Shown: in pieces, positions 47,930-57,174 of the stretch
How the letters are laid out: the number at the start of each line of letters is the position of its first letter
Position numbering within the stretch: position 1 is the first letter of the stretch
Origin: Candidatus Gastranaerophilales bacterium
GTDB lineage: Bacteria; Cyanobacteriota; Vampirovibrionia; Gastranaerophilales; Gastranaerophilaceae
Direction: 5' to 3'
Assembly (NCBI GenBank): GCA_944325535.1
Contig: CALVAL010000001.1
Span: forward strand, 1,925 to 65,924
Length of the DNA: 64,000 nucleotides
Notes under the pieces: model-generated
Told to the model about the DNA's origin: nothing
The model's database searches: none
What the model saw: only the letters and a program-made list of their open reading frames with translations
Made by a program: the position numbers and the translations under genes

Positions 47930-48194
47930 AAAGGATTTAGATTATTATTTAAACCTTGATTGGACTTTAATAGAAGGTACAGATTTGGATTTTAATGGAA
48001 ATCCATATCATTATATTGAGATTAAAGAGATTCCTAGTTTTGCTTTTTGTGCTAAGACTCGTGAAAAAGCTTTGGAGAACTATAAAAAACAGCTTAGACT
48101 ATCTTTGATGTTAATGCTAGAGGATGGCGAGCATATTATAGAGCCTGGGGAAGAAACTGAAGATGATATAGATTGGGAAAGCATATGTCCATAA
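47922..48194 (+). CDS. HicB-like (UPF0150-fold) small protein
   Basis: ...YHYIEIKEIPSFAFCAKTREKALENYKKQL...EDGEHIIEP pattern. Confidence 0.4.
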   Translation: MTKKDLDYYLNLDWTLIEGTDLDFNGNPYHYIEIKEIPSFAFCAKTREKALENYKKQLRLSLMLMLEDGEHIIEPGEETEDDIDWESICP

Positions 48195-48724
48195 ATACAA
48201 AATTATCAGAAATTTATATAACGAGAATGACTAAAGATGATATTGAAGGTGTTGTGGAAATCGAAGCCGGTGCTTATGGTAAACATCACTGGTCTAAGTC
48301 TTCTTTTTATGATGAAATGTCAAATAATTTAGCAAAGTATTATGTTGCTAAAACCTCTTCTGGCGAATTAGTCGGATATGCCGGCACTTGGCATATCATA
48401 GATGAAGGGCATATAACAACTATTGCCGTAAAAAAAGATTATCTTAGAAATCATATAGGTGAAGCTATTATCCATAAAATTATTGAAGACTGTTATAATG
48501 ATGGAGTCAAATATTTGACACTTGAAGTAAGGGTCTCAAATGAGCCTGCAATTAAGCTTTACCAAAAATATGGGTTTCAATCTTTAGGCACAAGAAAAGG
48601 GTATTATCAGGATAATAATGAGGATGCTCTTATTATGTGGACTGAAAATATTTTTTACGATAAATTTAAATCAAAATATCAAGAAAATATTGATAAGTTA
48701 AAGAGTTTAATAGAAATAAAATGA
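48173..48724 (+). CDS. rimI: Ribosomal-protein-alanine N-acetyltransferase (GNAT)
   Basis: GNAT core ...IAVKKDYLRNHIGEAII...LEVRVSNEPAIKLYQKYGF. The start may be the ATG at 48185. Confidence 0.75.
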   Translation: MGKHMSINTKLSEIYITRMTKDDIEGVVEIEAGAYGKHHWSKSSFYDEMSNNLAKYYVAKTSSGELVGYAGTWHIIDEGHITTIAVKKDYLRNHIGEAIIHKIIEDCYNDGVKYLTLEVRVSNEPAIKLYQKYGFQSLGTRKGYYQDNNEDALIMWTENIFYDKFKSKYQENIDKLKSLIEIK

Positions 48725-49398
48725 GTAAAAGAGTAGAAAAACAATTAGATAGTTTTAAATATAAAGGAGAGCCTATTAGAATAACATTAGGTACGCTTGT
48801 TATGACGGGATTTTGCGTGCTTTTAATTATTGTTGCTACATTTACTCAGCTTACAATAAAACATCCTTATTTACCTTTAGATACGCTAACTTTTTTATCC
48901 CAAGATGTGACTGATTCTCAAATTTTGCATCATTTTATAAAAAGTTATAAATATATTCCTCAAATCCCAATAGTGTTTTTTATAGTTGCTCTAATGGGTA
49001 GGAAATTTGGAATATTAGCTATTGTATCATATATAATTTTAGGCTTCTTTTTTCCTATTTTTGCACTAGGGGGAGGTATTAGCTATCTTTTTGAATACGG
49101 ATTTGGATATATTCTTGCTTTTATTCCTGCTGTGTTTTTTGCAGGTACAATTTTAAAAACTAAGCCTGATTTTTTAAGAATATTTTTAATTTCAATAATA
49201 GGAGTTGTAATTATTCATATCCTTGGAGTTTTATACATGCTCTTTGTCTCTACCCTAAGACATGCGCCTATGGATTTAGTGATGAGCTGGATTTTTTCGC
49301 AAAGTGGAATCCAAGTTTTTTATGATATTTTCTTTAGCTTCTTAGCTATTTATCTTGGAAGACAGTTAAGAAAACTGCTTTGGATAGTTATGTGCTAG
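48721..49398 (+). CDS. bioY: BioY-family biotin transporter S component
   Basis: Polytopic. ...FPIFALGGGISYLFEYGFGYILAFIPAVFFAG. Confidence 0.6.
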   Translation: MSKRVEKQLDSFKYKGEPIRITLGTLVMTGFCVLLIIVATFTQLTIKHPYLPLDTLTFLSQDVTDSQILHHFIKSYKYIPQIPIVFFIVALMGRKFGILAIVSYIILGFFFPIFALGGGISYLFEYGFGYILAFIPAVFFAGTILKTKPDFLRIFLISIIGVVIIHILGVLYMLFVSTLRHAPMDLVMSWIFSQSGIQVFYDIFFSFLAIYLGRQLRKLLWIVMC

Positions 49399-49452
49399 GG
49401 GTAAATGTATTGGGCTGGTAGTTGGGACTTCAAGTCTTGCTCGAAGTGGATG

Positions 49453-49535
49453 AGTTTGTAACCGAAGTGGATGAGTTTATAAGTTGAGAAGTTGAGAAGA
49501 AGTATTTTATAAGTTTTGTTATTACCCTTCTCCAA
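49453..49535 (-). repeat. Inverted partial copy of the mosaic repeat family (with a 21-bp x2 and an 8-bp x2 microsatellite)
   Basis: The reverse complement contains acttcttctcaacttctcaacttataaactcatcc, matching 50297-50337. Confidence 0.6.
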
Positions 49536-49573
49536 GAAAGAGAAGAAGTTATTTAAATTAGTATTGTACAGCT

Positions 49574-49708
49574 TTATTCATCTAAAAGTTGATACATACT
49601 AATAAAAATTTCTCGTGCATCTTTTAATGGAGTATCTTTATCTACAGTTTCACTTACTAAAATCAGATAAGATAACATATTTTTAATAATTCTAAATTTC
49701 TTTTTCAT
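49574..49708 (-). CDS. Possible 44-aa protein, divergent partner of an XRE regulator
   Basis: Own translation MKKKFRIIKNMLSYLILVSETVDKDTPLKDAREIFISMYQLLDE. AGGA SD 7 nt upstream. Confidence 0.4.
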   Translation of the reverse strand: MKKKFRIIKNMLSYLILVSETVDKDTPLKDAREIFISMYQLLDE

Positions 49709-49783
49709 AAAAAAATCCTATAATTTTTATTTCGGACAAATAGGTCAATGACTTAATTTATATTATGTGAAAAAATAGGTTAT

Positions 49784-49993
49784 ATGTCAAGGATAAAAAA
49801 TTTAGGACAAAATATAAAAAAATATAGAGAAGCTAAAATGTTAACCCAAGAAGTTTTGGCGGATAAGCTTAAATTATCAAAAGAATATATTTGCAGGGTA
49901 GAAAAAGGACAAAAATATATGAGTCTTAGAAAATTATTTGAACTTGCGGATGTATTAGAAATAGAATTTTACAAATTAGCAGATTTTGAATAG
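49784..49993 (+). CDS. XRE-family HTH regulator
   Basis: LTQEVLADKLKLSKEYICRVEKGQ. Confidence 0.75.
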   Translation: MSRIKNLGQNIKKYREAKMLTQEVLADKLKLSKEYICRVEKGQKYMSLRKLFELADVLEIEFYKLADFE

Positions 49994-50042
49994 AATATTG
50001 GGTTTGTTTGGTTAACAAGTAGGTTGTAAATTAGTGAGTAGT

Positions 50043-50530
50043 GAGTAGAGTTTTTTGTTAACTTCTTCTAAACTTAAAAAACACCTCATCCCAACCTTCT
50101 CCTATAAGGAGAAGGAGTGTTTAAATATTAATTTTATTTATTTTATTCCCTCTCCTTTTGAGGAGAGGGTTAGGGTGAGGTGATAAATAAAATATTAAAA
50201 CATGAGAGAAAACTTAAGTAAGTAGGGTGCAATTTTTTGTACCAAAATTTTATATTTAGTGACTAGTGAATAGAGTTTTACTGTTAACTTCTTATAAACT
50301 TATAAACTTATAAACTTATAAACTTATAAACTCATCCTCTTCTCTTCTAAAAAAACTCCCCATCCTAGCCTTCCCCAGTTGGGGAAGGAGATTTTTGATA
50401 CTTTTTTTAAACTCCTCAACTATAAATTTCTTCTCATCAGTAGTCCCCTCCCCTTGAGGGAGGGGGTAGGGGGTGGGGTGAATAGATAAAATATTAAAGA
50501 GGTGAGAAAATTTGAGTTTTCCCACCTCTT
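50043..50530 (+). repeat. Two tandem, diverged composite repeat units (about 50043-50228 and 50267-50530)
   Basis: Each unit is a heptamer run, then a ttaacttctt.taaactt core, then an inverted pair of GC-rich hairpins with G-tails, then ...ataaaatattaaa..gtgagaaaa. Unit B also has (ACTTATAA)5. Confidence 0.8.
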
Positions 50531-50571
50531 TAAGTTTATTATTAGACTAATACTCTAATTGCAAAATCTAA

Positions 50572-51774
50572 TTACTTATCATCTAGTGCAGCAACACCTG
50601 GTAATACTTTACCTTCGATGAATTCTAATGAAGCACCGCCACCAGTTGATACGTGAGTGAAATCTTCTGCCTTGCAGAATTTCTTAGCTGCAGAAACTGA
50701 ATCACCACCACCGATTACTGATGTAGCACCGCCTTTAGTAGCTTCTACGATAGCTTCTAAAACTGCCTTAGTACCTTCAGCGAATTTAGGGTTTTCAAAA
50801 GCACCTACAGGACCGTTCATAAGAATAGTTTTTGAGTTTTTAAGAACTTCAGCAAAAGCTTTTCTTGAATCAGGACCAGCATCAACGCCTTCAAAACCGT
50901 CTGGAATTTCGTTGATTGCAACGAATTTATTTTCGCCATTTCCAGAAAAATCATTAGTAGCAAGAACATCTGTTGCCATAACCAATTTAACACCTTTTTC
51001 AGCAGCTTTCTTTTCGATAGCTTTAGCAACTTCTAATTGATCATCTTCACAAATAGAGTTACCAATTTTACCGCCGTTAGCTTTAACGAAAGTATAAGCC
51101 ATACCACCACCGATAATTAGGTTATCAACTTTATCGATAAGATTTTCTAAAACACCGATTTTAGAAGAAACTTTAGCACCGCCTACAACTGCTGTGAATG
51201 GTCTAGTAGGGTTATCAAGAGCTTGTGATAAGCATCTGATTTCTTTTTCCATTAATAGACCTGATACAGCAGGTTTAAGGATTTTTGCTAATTTAGCAGT
51301 AGAAGTATGATTTCTATGAGCTGCTCCGAAAGCATCGTTTACATAAAAATCACCTAATTTTGCTAATTCTTCTGCAAATGTCATATCATCATCTTTAGCT
51401 TCTTCAGCTTTGTAGTAACGGATGTTTTCTAATAAAGCAATTTGTCCGTCTTGTAATTTTTCAACATATGGAGCAGCTTCTTCAACAGAAGGAATAAATA
51501 CGATTTCTTCTCCGAAAACTTTTGCCATATATTTTGCTACAGGCTCAAGAGTGAATTCAGGATTCTTTTCTCCTTTTGGTCTGCCTAAGTGAGCCATAAG
51601 AATTATTTTAGCTCCTCTTTCTCTCAAGTAATTTACTGTAGGTACAATTGCTTGAATACGAGTATCATCTGTAACATTTTTGTTTTCATCCAAAGGTACG
51701 TTAATATCAACTCTGATTAGAGCTCTTTTACCTTTGATGTCGCCTAAATCTTTAATTGATTTTTTCATCATCAT
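50572..51774 (-). CDS. pgk: Phosphoglycerate kinase
   Basis: RVDINVPLD, AHLGRPKG, GGGDS...STGGGASLEF. Confidence 0.95.
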   Translation of the reverse strand: MMMKKSIKDLGDIKGKRALIRVDINVPLDENKNVTDDTRIQAIVPTVNYLRERGAKIILMAHLGRPKGEKNPEFTLEPVAKYMAKVFGEEIVFIPSVEEAAPYVEKLQDGQIALLENIRYYKAEEAKDDDMTFAEELAKLGDFYVNDAFGAAHRNHTSTAKLAKILKPAVSGLLMEKEIRCLSQALDNPTRPFTAVVGGAKVSSKIGVLENLIDKVDNLIIGGGMAYTFVKANGGKIGNSICEDDQLEVAKAIEKKAAEKGVKLVMATDVLATNDFSGNGENKFVAINEIPDGFEGVDAGPDSRKAFAEVLKNSKTILMNGPVGAFENPKFAEGTKAVLEAIVEATKGGATSVIGGGDSVSAAKKFCKAEDFTHVSTGGGASLEFIEGKVLPGVAALDDK

Positions 51775-51850
51775 TTCCTTTCTTTATTTGATGCTCTCTA
51801 TAGTTGGCATAATAATTATAGTAAAAACAAAATTTCTATTCAATATAATC

Positions 51851-52507
51851 CTAGCATTCGCTTGATACAATTTTAACGCCTGAACTAGTACCTAGTCTTG
51901 TAGCTCCAGCCTCAATCATATTGATAGCAGCTTTTTTATCGCGAATTCCTCCTGAAGCTTTTACTTCCAGACCAGCTTCTTTAACTGTTTCATGCATAAG
52001 TTTAACATCTTCTGCTTTTGCTCCAACTCCGTTTTTGACAAATCCTGTTGAAGTCTTAACAAAATCAGCTCCGCCTTTTATACAAAGCTCACAAGCTTTT
52101 TTAATTTCAATTGGGTTTAATAAATCCGTTTCTAAAATAACTTTTAAATTCTTGCCCTGACAAGCAGCTTTTACTTTGGATATTTCATCTACGATGTAAT
52201 CAAATTCATTATCTTTTAACTTGCCGGAATTAAGTACCATATCGATTTCATCAGCACCATTTTTAATTGCATCAATCGTTTCTAATACCTTACTTTCACA
52301 AGTAGTCTGTCCTAAAGGAAAACCAACTACTGTGACTACTTTTATATCAGTATCTTTTAGATACTGTTTAGCAAGAGAAACATAAGAAGGGTTTACACAT
52401 ACTCCTAAAAAGTTGTATTTACGTGCTTCTTCGACCAATTTTATGATTTCTTCTTTTTTTGCATCTTGTTTTAATAAAGTGTGTTCAATATATTTATTTA
52501 ATTCCAT
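51851..52507 (-). CDS. deoC: Deoxyribose-phosphate aldolase
   Basis: IEHTLLK, VCVNPS, FVKTSTGF, KASGGIR. Confidence 0.9.
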   Translation of the reverse strand: MELNKYIEHTLLKQDAKKEEIIKLVEEARKYNFLGVCVNPSYVSLAKQYLKDTDIKVVTVVGFPLGQTTCESKVLETIDAIKNGADEIDMVLNSGKLKDNEFDYIVDEISKVKAACQGKNLKVILETDLLNPIEIKKACELCIKGGADFVKTSTGFVKNGVGAKAEDVKLMHETVKEAGLEVKASGGIRDKKAAINMIEAGATRLGTSSGVKIVSSEC

Positions 52508-52521
52508 AACATCCTCTTTCC

Positions 52522-53364
52522 TTATCTAAATATTTCAAAAAATACAGCTGTAAAAATTCCCACGATCAAGCAATAATACCCAAATATTCCAAGTGAGAAT
52601 TTGGATACGAATTTTAAGAAGTACTTTATACAAATATAGCCTACGATTCCTGAAACGATAGTTCCAACTATTATTGCGGTCCAGTTATATGAAATAACTT
52701 CATGGAAATCTAATTTGATAAGCGGATAGACCATTGAAGCTCCTAAAATTATTGGAATGCTAAGTAAGAAAGAGTACCTTGCTGCAGTGGTTCTATCTAG
52801 TCCGTTCAAAAGTCCTGTTGCAATAGTGAGTCCAGAACGTGAAAATCCAGGAAGAGCTGCTAGACCTTGGGCTATAGCAATTAGAATTGAACTTTTTAAT
52901 GAAACTTCTTTTTTATCTTTGATTTTTTTTGCCCAAGCTTCGCTTGAAAGAAGCAGAATCCCTGTAAATACGAGTAATATTCCAACTATAGCAGGTTTGA
53001 ATACCAAAAATTCTGCAACTTCATTTAAAGGGAAGGCGATTAAGACTGTAATTATTGTACCTAGAAAAATATATGCACCGTATTTGAAATCTAATGAAGA
53101 GTAATCTTTATTTTTTAATCCCAAATACAATGCTTTTAGAATTTGCATAATTTCTTTTCTAAAGAATATCAAAACGGCAATTAAAGTGCCTAAGTGAAGC
53201 ATGATATCAAGAAAGACTTCTTGGTTAGATTCTTGTACTATTTCTATTCCTTTAAATACTTTATAAAAATTAGATGTGAACACCAAGTGTGCTGAACTGG
53301 AAATTGGTAAAAATTCGCTTAGTCCTTGTACTATTCCCATTAAAATTGATTGTATTAAATCCAT
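52522..53364 (-). CDS. uppP: Undecaprenyl-diphosphatase
   Basis: GIVQGLSEFLPISSSAHL, ...PGFSRSGLTI. Confidence 0.9.
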   Translation of the reverse strand: MDLIQSILMGIVQGLSEFLPISSSAHLVFTSNFYKVFKGIEIVQESNQEVFLDIMLHLGTLIAVLIFFRKEIMQILKALYLGLKNKDYSSLDFKYGAYIFLGTIITVLIAFPLNEVAEFLVFKPAIVGILLVFTGILLLSSEAWAKKIKDKKEVSLKSSILIAIAQGLAALPGFSRSGLTIATGLLNGLDRTTAARYSFLLSIPIILGASMVYPLIKLDFHEVISYNWTAIIVGTIVSGIVGYICIKYFLKFVSKFSLGIFGYYCLIVGIFTAVFFEIFR

Positions 53365-53459
53365 ACTCTCCCTCTTTGTTTTATCCTTTTATAAAGGAAT
53401 TATAACATAAAAAGGCGCATCGAATTGATGCACCTTTTAGGTTATATAATCTTTAGAAA

Positions 53460-53822
53460 TTATTCTTCTTCAAAATAGCTTGCGCAAGATGTTGCAGTCT
53501 CCCAAACTGAGACTTTTGAAATCTGTACAATTCTTTCTTTTAGTTTGTTATATATGAACATAGAAATAATTTCACTAGAAGGACTTTCACCTTTAAAATA
53601 AGGTAATTCATTCAAGTCTTTATGATCTAGTAAATCTAAAACAGCTTTCATTTCTTTTTTTAATACTTTATAATCAACCAAAATGTTGCTCTTATCTAAG
53701 CTTTCACCTTTTACATAAGCTTCTACAAGCCAGTTATGTCCATGCTGATTTTCACACTCGCCATCATAATTAAGTAAATGATGTGCTGCTGAAAAATACA
53801 TTTGCGCTTTTAATTCAAACAT
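53460..53822 (-). CDS. queD: 6-carboxy-5,6,7,8-tetrahydropterin synthase
   Basis: FSAAHHL...CENQHGHNW...; 120 aa. Confidence 0.85.
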   Translation of the reverse strand: MFELKAQMYFSAAHHLLNYDGECENQHGHNWLVEAYVKGESLDKSNILVDYKVLKKEMKAVLDLLDHKDLNELPYFKGESPSSEIISMFIYNKLKERIVQISKVSVWETATSCASYFEEE

Positions 53823-53830
53823 CTTTTATA

Positions 53831-54205
53831 CCTTTCTGGCGGAGTGCATTCCGCCTACCTACTAAACAAATTTTATATTCCAAGCACTCCTTTAGGAATA
53901 ACTACCATATTGAGCGTTTACCTATTTACCTTTCTGACGGAGTGCATTCCGCCTACCTACTAAACAAATTTTATACTCCAAGCACTCCTTTATGAATAAT
54001 TACCTCATTGAGAGCTTGCTTATTTACCTTTCTGACGGAGTGCATTCCGTCTGCCTACTAAATAAATTCTATACTACAAGCACTCCTTTTTAAATAACTA
54101 CTATATTGAGCGTTTACTTATTTACCTTTCCGGCGGAGTGCATTCCGCCTACCTAATAAACAAATTTTATACTCCAATCACTCCTTTATGAATAACTCAA
54201 GAAGC
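53831..54205. repeat. 98-bp tandem repeat x4 between the kinase gene and queD
   Basis: Units start at 53831, 53929, 54027 and 54125. Each contains GGCGGAGTGCATTCCGCC. Confidence 0.9.
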
Positions 54206-54242
54206 CCTTTGGAACAGACTACAGATCATCCTAAAATCATCC

Positions 54243-55079
54243 CTAACAACAAACTTCAGCTAAGCGTGCTTTTATTCTTTCTGTAATCACTTTGATGTAT
54301 TCTTTGTCTACCATACCATTAATTATGCAGTCTGCAATTTGGTATGTTGGGCGAATATATTGCTGAGCAGTCTCATTAACATTCTTGAACTGTAAATCAG
54401 CAGCTTCTCCTGTTTTTCCTCTTGATACAGCTCTTTTGTACCAACGCTCTTTTATAACATCAATAGGTGTAAATACATAGACTTTTATATCCATAATGTC
54501 TCTTACTTCTTCATTAAGAACATATAATCCCTCTGTTAAAATTACTTTTGCTGGCTTTTTTATATCTCCATTAGGAGATGAGACGCAAGTTACAAAATCG
54601 TATTTAGGGGAAGTAATAGTTTCTCCTTTTTTTAGACTTTCTAAATGTTTTCTCATCAATTGCAAATCAATAACATCTGGGGTATCAAAACTAAAACCGG
54701 TTTTGAATAATGCATCATAGCTTCCAGCCTCTTGAAGTTCCTTTGATGTGTCTTTATAATAATCATCTTGTCGGATAACTGTATAAATACCTTCTTTTTT
54801 ATTTCTTACAACTGCTTCGATAGTATTATCAACAAAAACAGTCTTTCCTGAAGCACTCTCGCCAGTTATTCCAATTAAGAAAGTTTTTTTCTTTTCTTGA
54901 ACAACTTTTCTTGCAATATTCATTATGAAATCATCTGCAACTCTTAAAAATAAAGGTTGCTCTTGTTTTTTATCTTCTTCAAGAATTTCTTTTAGAGTAT
55001 CTACAATATTTGTTATAAGCTCCATATCGAGTCTGCTTGAATAAAAATTGTAGTTTGTAAGTTCAAATGATTCCACCAT
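54243..55079 (-). CDS. Uridine kinase / phosphoribulokinase-family nucleoside kinase
   Basis: P-loop GITGESASGKT, ...RQDDYYKD..., ...FDTPDVID..., ...ILTEGLYVL. Confidence 0.7.
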   Translation of the reverse strand: MVESFELTNYNFYSSRLDMELITNIVDTLKEILEEDKKQEQPLFLRVADDFIMNIARKVVQEKKKTFLIGITGESASGKTVFVDNTIEAVVRNKKEGIYTVIRQDDYYKDTSKELQEAGSYDALFKTGFSFDTPDVIDLQLMRKHLESLKKGETITSPKYDFVTCVSSPNGDIKKPAKVILTEGLYVLNEEVRDIMDIKVYVFTPIDVIKERWYKRAVSRGKTGEAADLQFKNVNETAQQYIRPTYQIADCIINGMVDKEYIKVITERIKARLAEVCC

Positions 55080-55249
55080 AAGTCCGTCCTTAATTCATTC
55101 CAACATTGTATAGTAAATACTAAAAAAAATCTCGTATTATTTAATATTTTGTAAAGAAAATTTACAGGGAGTTATTAATATACCAGCTTGTTTACATTTA
55201 AGCATGTTTTTGATACGATTTTAGGGCAAAAAAGAAATTTAATAGGGAG

Positions 55250-57031
55250 ATGAATAGACTGATGACCAGAATGAAAACAAACAATTGCGGAGAATTAAAT
55301 CTAAGCAATTTAGACCAAGAAGTTACATTATCCGGCTGGGTATCAACAGTAAGAGACCTTGGTGGTATTTTATTTATAGAATTAAGAGATAGAAGCGGAT
55401 TCTTTCAATTAGTAGCAAATCCACAAATCAATCCTCAAGTGCATAAAGCTTTTGAAAAAGTAAGAAGTGAATATGTAATTAAAGTAAGTGGTAAGGTTAC
55501 AAAACGTCCTGAAGAAACTTATAATGAAAAATATCCTACAGGACAAGTTGAAATGTATCCAGAATCTGTTGAAATCCTATCTGAATCAAAAGTATTACCT
55601 TTTGTTTTAGGTGATGAAAATGTTTCAGAAGATATTCGTCTAAAATATAGATATCTAGATCTAAGAAATGAAAAAATGCTTCATAATTTAACAACAAGAC
55701 ATAATATTTGTCAGGCTGTTAGAAATTATTTAAATAATAAAGGTTTCTTAGAAGTAGAAACTCCAATTTTAATTAAAACTACTCCAGAAGGTGCTAGAGA
55801 TTACTTAGTACCATCAAGAGTACAACCAGGAAAGTTTTTTGCTCTACCTCAATCACCTCAAATCTTTAAACAATTATTGATGGTAGGTGGTATTGAAAAA
55901 TATTATCAAATAGCAAAATGTTTCAGAGATGAAGACTTAAGAGCTGACAGACAACCAGAATTCACTCAAATTGATATGGAATTATCATTTGTAGAACAGC
56001 AGGATGTTATTGAAACAGTAGAAGGTCTTTTAGTTGATGCTTTCAAAGCAGCTGGTGTTGAAATTAAGCCTCCATTTATTCAAATGCCTTGGCAAGAAGC
56101 TATGGATAGATATGGTTCAGATAAGCCTGATACAAGATTCGGTTTAGAATTATTCGATATCGGAGATATTATTCTTGAATCTGAGTTTGAAATTGTTAAA
56201 AAGACCCTTCAAAACGGCGGAATTGTTCGTGGTATAAGAATCCCTGGTGGTTCTAAATATTCAAGAAAAGATATTGATGATATTACAAAATTAGCAGTAT
56301 CATTTGGCGCAAAAGCTTTAGCTAATATTATTTATAACGAAGATGGAACTGCAAAATCTCCAGTATTGAAATTTGTTACTGAAGAACAAGCAAAACGTAT
56401 CCAAGAAAGAGCTGGAGCAGTTGCTGGTGATATTATCTTCTTTGTAGCTGATAAGCCAAAACTAGTTTATGACATTATGGGTAGGTTAAGATTACACTTT
56501 GGAAAATCTTTAAATCTAATTGATGAAAATAAACATAATTTACTATGGGTAGTAGACTTCCCAATGTTTGAATATTCAGAAGAAGAAGGAAGATACATGG
56601 CAATGCACCATCCATTCACTTCACCAAACTTAGATGATTTGGATAAATTAGATAGTGGTGATTTAGGAAATGTTAAGTCTATTGCTTATGATATTGTTTA
56701 TAATGGAACTGAATTAGGTGGCGGTTCTGTAAGAATCCATTCAAGTGAAGTACAAAAGAAAATTTTTAAAGCTCTAGGTCTTACAGAAGAAGAAGCTACT
56801 GAAAAATTTGGATTTATGGTAAATGCTCTTCAATATGGCACACCTCCTCATGCTGGACTAGCAATCGGTTTGGATAGATTAGTAGCTCTATTATGCAGAA
56901 CTGATTCAATCCGTGATGTAATTGCATTCCCTAAAAATGCAAGTGCTAAATGTTTGATGAGTGATGCTCCTGGCGAAGCTTCATTGCAGCAGCTTAGAGA
57001 ATTACATATTAAAAGCACTGTAAAGGGGTAA
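55250..57031 (+). CDS. aspS: Aspartate--tRNA ligase
   Basis: Class II motifs FRDEDLRADRQPEFTQIDME, GGGSVRIH, GLAIGLDRL. The start may be one of the Met codons at 55262 or 55271. Confidence 0.95.
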   Translation: MNRLMTRMKTNNCGELNLSNLDQEVTLSGWVSTVRDLGGILFIELRDRSGFFQLVANPQINPQVHKAFEKVRSEYVIKVSGKVTKRPEETYNEKYPTGQVEMYPESVEILSESKVLPFVLGDENVSEDIRLKYRYLDLRNEKMLHNLTTRHNICQAVRNYLNNKGFLEVETPILIKTTPEGARDYLVPSRVQPGKFFALPQSPQIFKQLLMVGGIEKYYQIAKCFRDEDLRADRQPEFTQIDMELSFVEQQDVIETVEGLLVDAFKAAGVEIKPPFIQMPWQEAMDRYGSDKPDTRFGLELFDIGDIILESEFEIVKKTLQNGGIVRGIRIPGGSKYSRKDIDDITKLAVSFGAKALANIIYNEDGTAKSPVLKFVTEEQAKRIQERAGAVAGDIIFFVADKPKLVYDIMGRLRLHFGKSLNLIDENKHNLLWVVDFPMFEYSEEEGRYMAMHHPFTSPNLDDLDKLDSGDLGNVKSIAYDIVYNGTELGGGSVRIHSSEVQKKIFKALGLTEEEATEKFGFMVNALQYGTPPHAGLAIGLDRLVALLCRTDSIRDVIAFPKNASAKCLMSDAPGEASLQQLRELHIKSTVKG

Positions 57032-57093
57032 ATGGAGATATTTATTTAAATTGCAAATTTGAGCAATGGAATCTATGGCTTAAACAGTAAAAT

Positions 57094-57134
57094 AAAAAAA
57101 GGACTTGCTTTGATTAATAAGGCAAGTCTTTTTA
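57094..57134. terminator. Bidirectional terminator
   Basis: A-run, GACTTGC...GCAAGTC, T-run, between convergent genes. Confidence 0.65.
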
Positions 57135-57174
57135 TATAAAAAGAAATAAAGGAAATTGTATTTATTAAAGTTTA

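Noticed and set aside
50316-50525. 69-aa ORF (…HPTPYPLPQGEGTT…).
   Set aside because: It is a read-through of the GC-rich hairpin and G-tail repeats. No SD, and its composition is dictated by the repeat.
53831-54205. Regularly spaced GC-rich palindromes (GGCGGAGTGCATTCCGCC every 98 bp) looked at first like a CRISPR array.
   Set aside because: The whole 98-bp unit, including the would-be spacers, is conserved between copies. There are no unique spacers and no cas genes in the window, so this is a plain tandem repeat.
55080-55249. Possible T-box leader upstream of aspS, and a possible preQ1 riboswitch upstream of queD (53823-53870).
   Set aside because: The aspS leader is only about 170 nt and lacks the T-box sequence and specifier-loop features. 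The queD-proximal hairpin and tail does not fit the preQ1-I loop or A-rich tail/pseudoknot pattern as I recall it.
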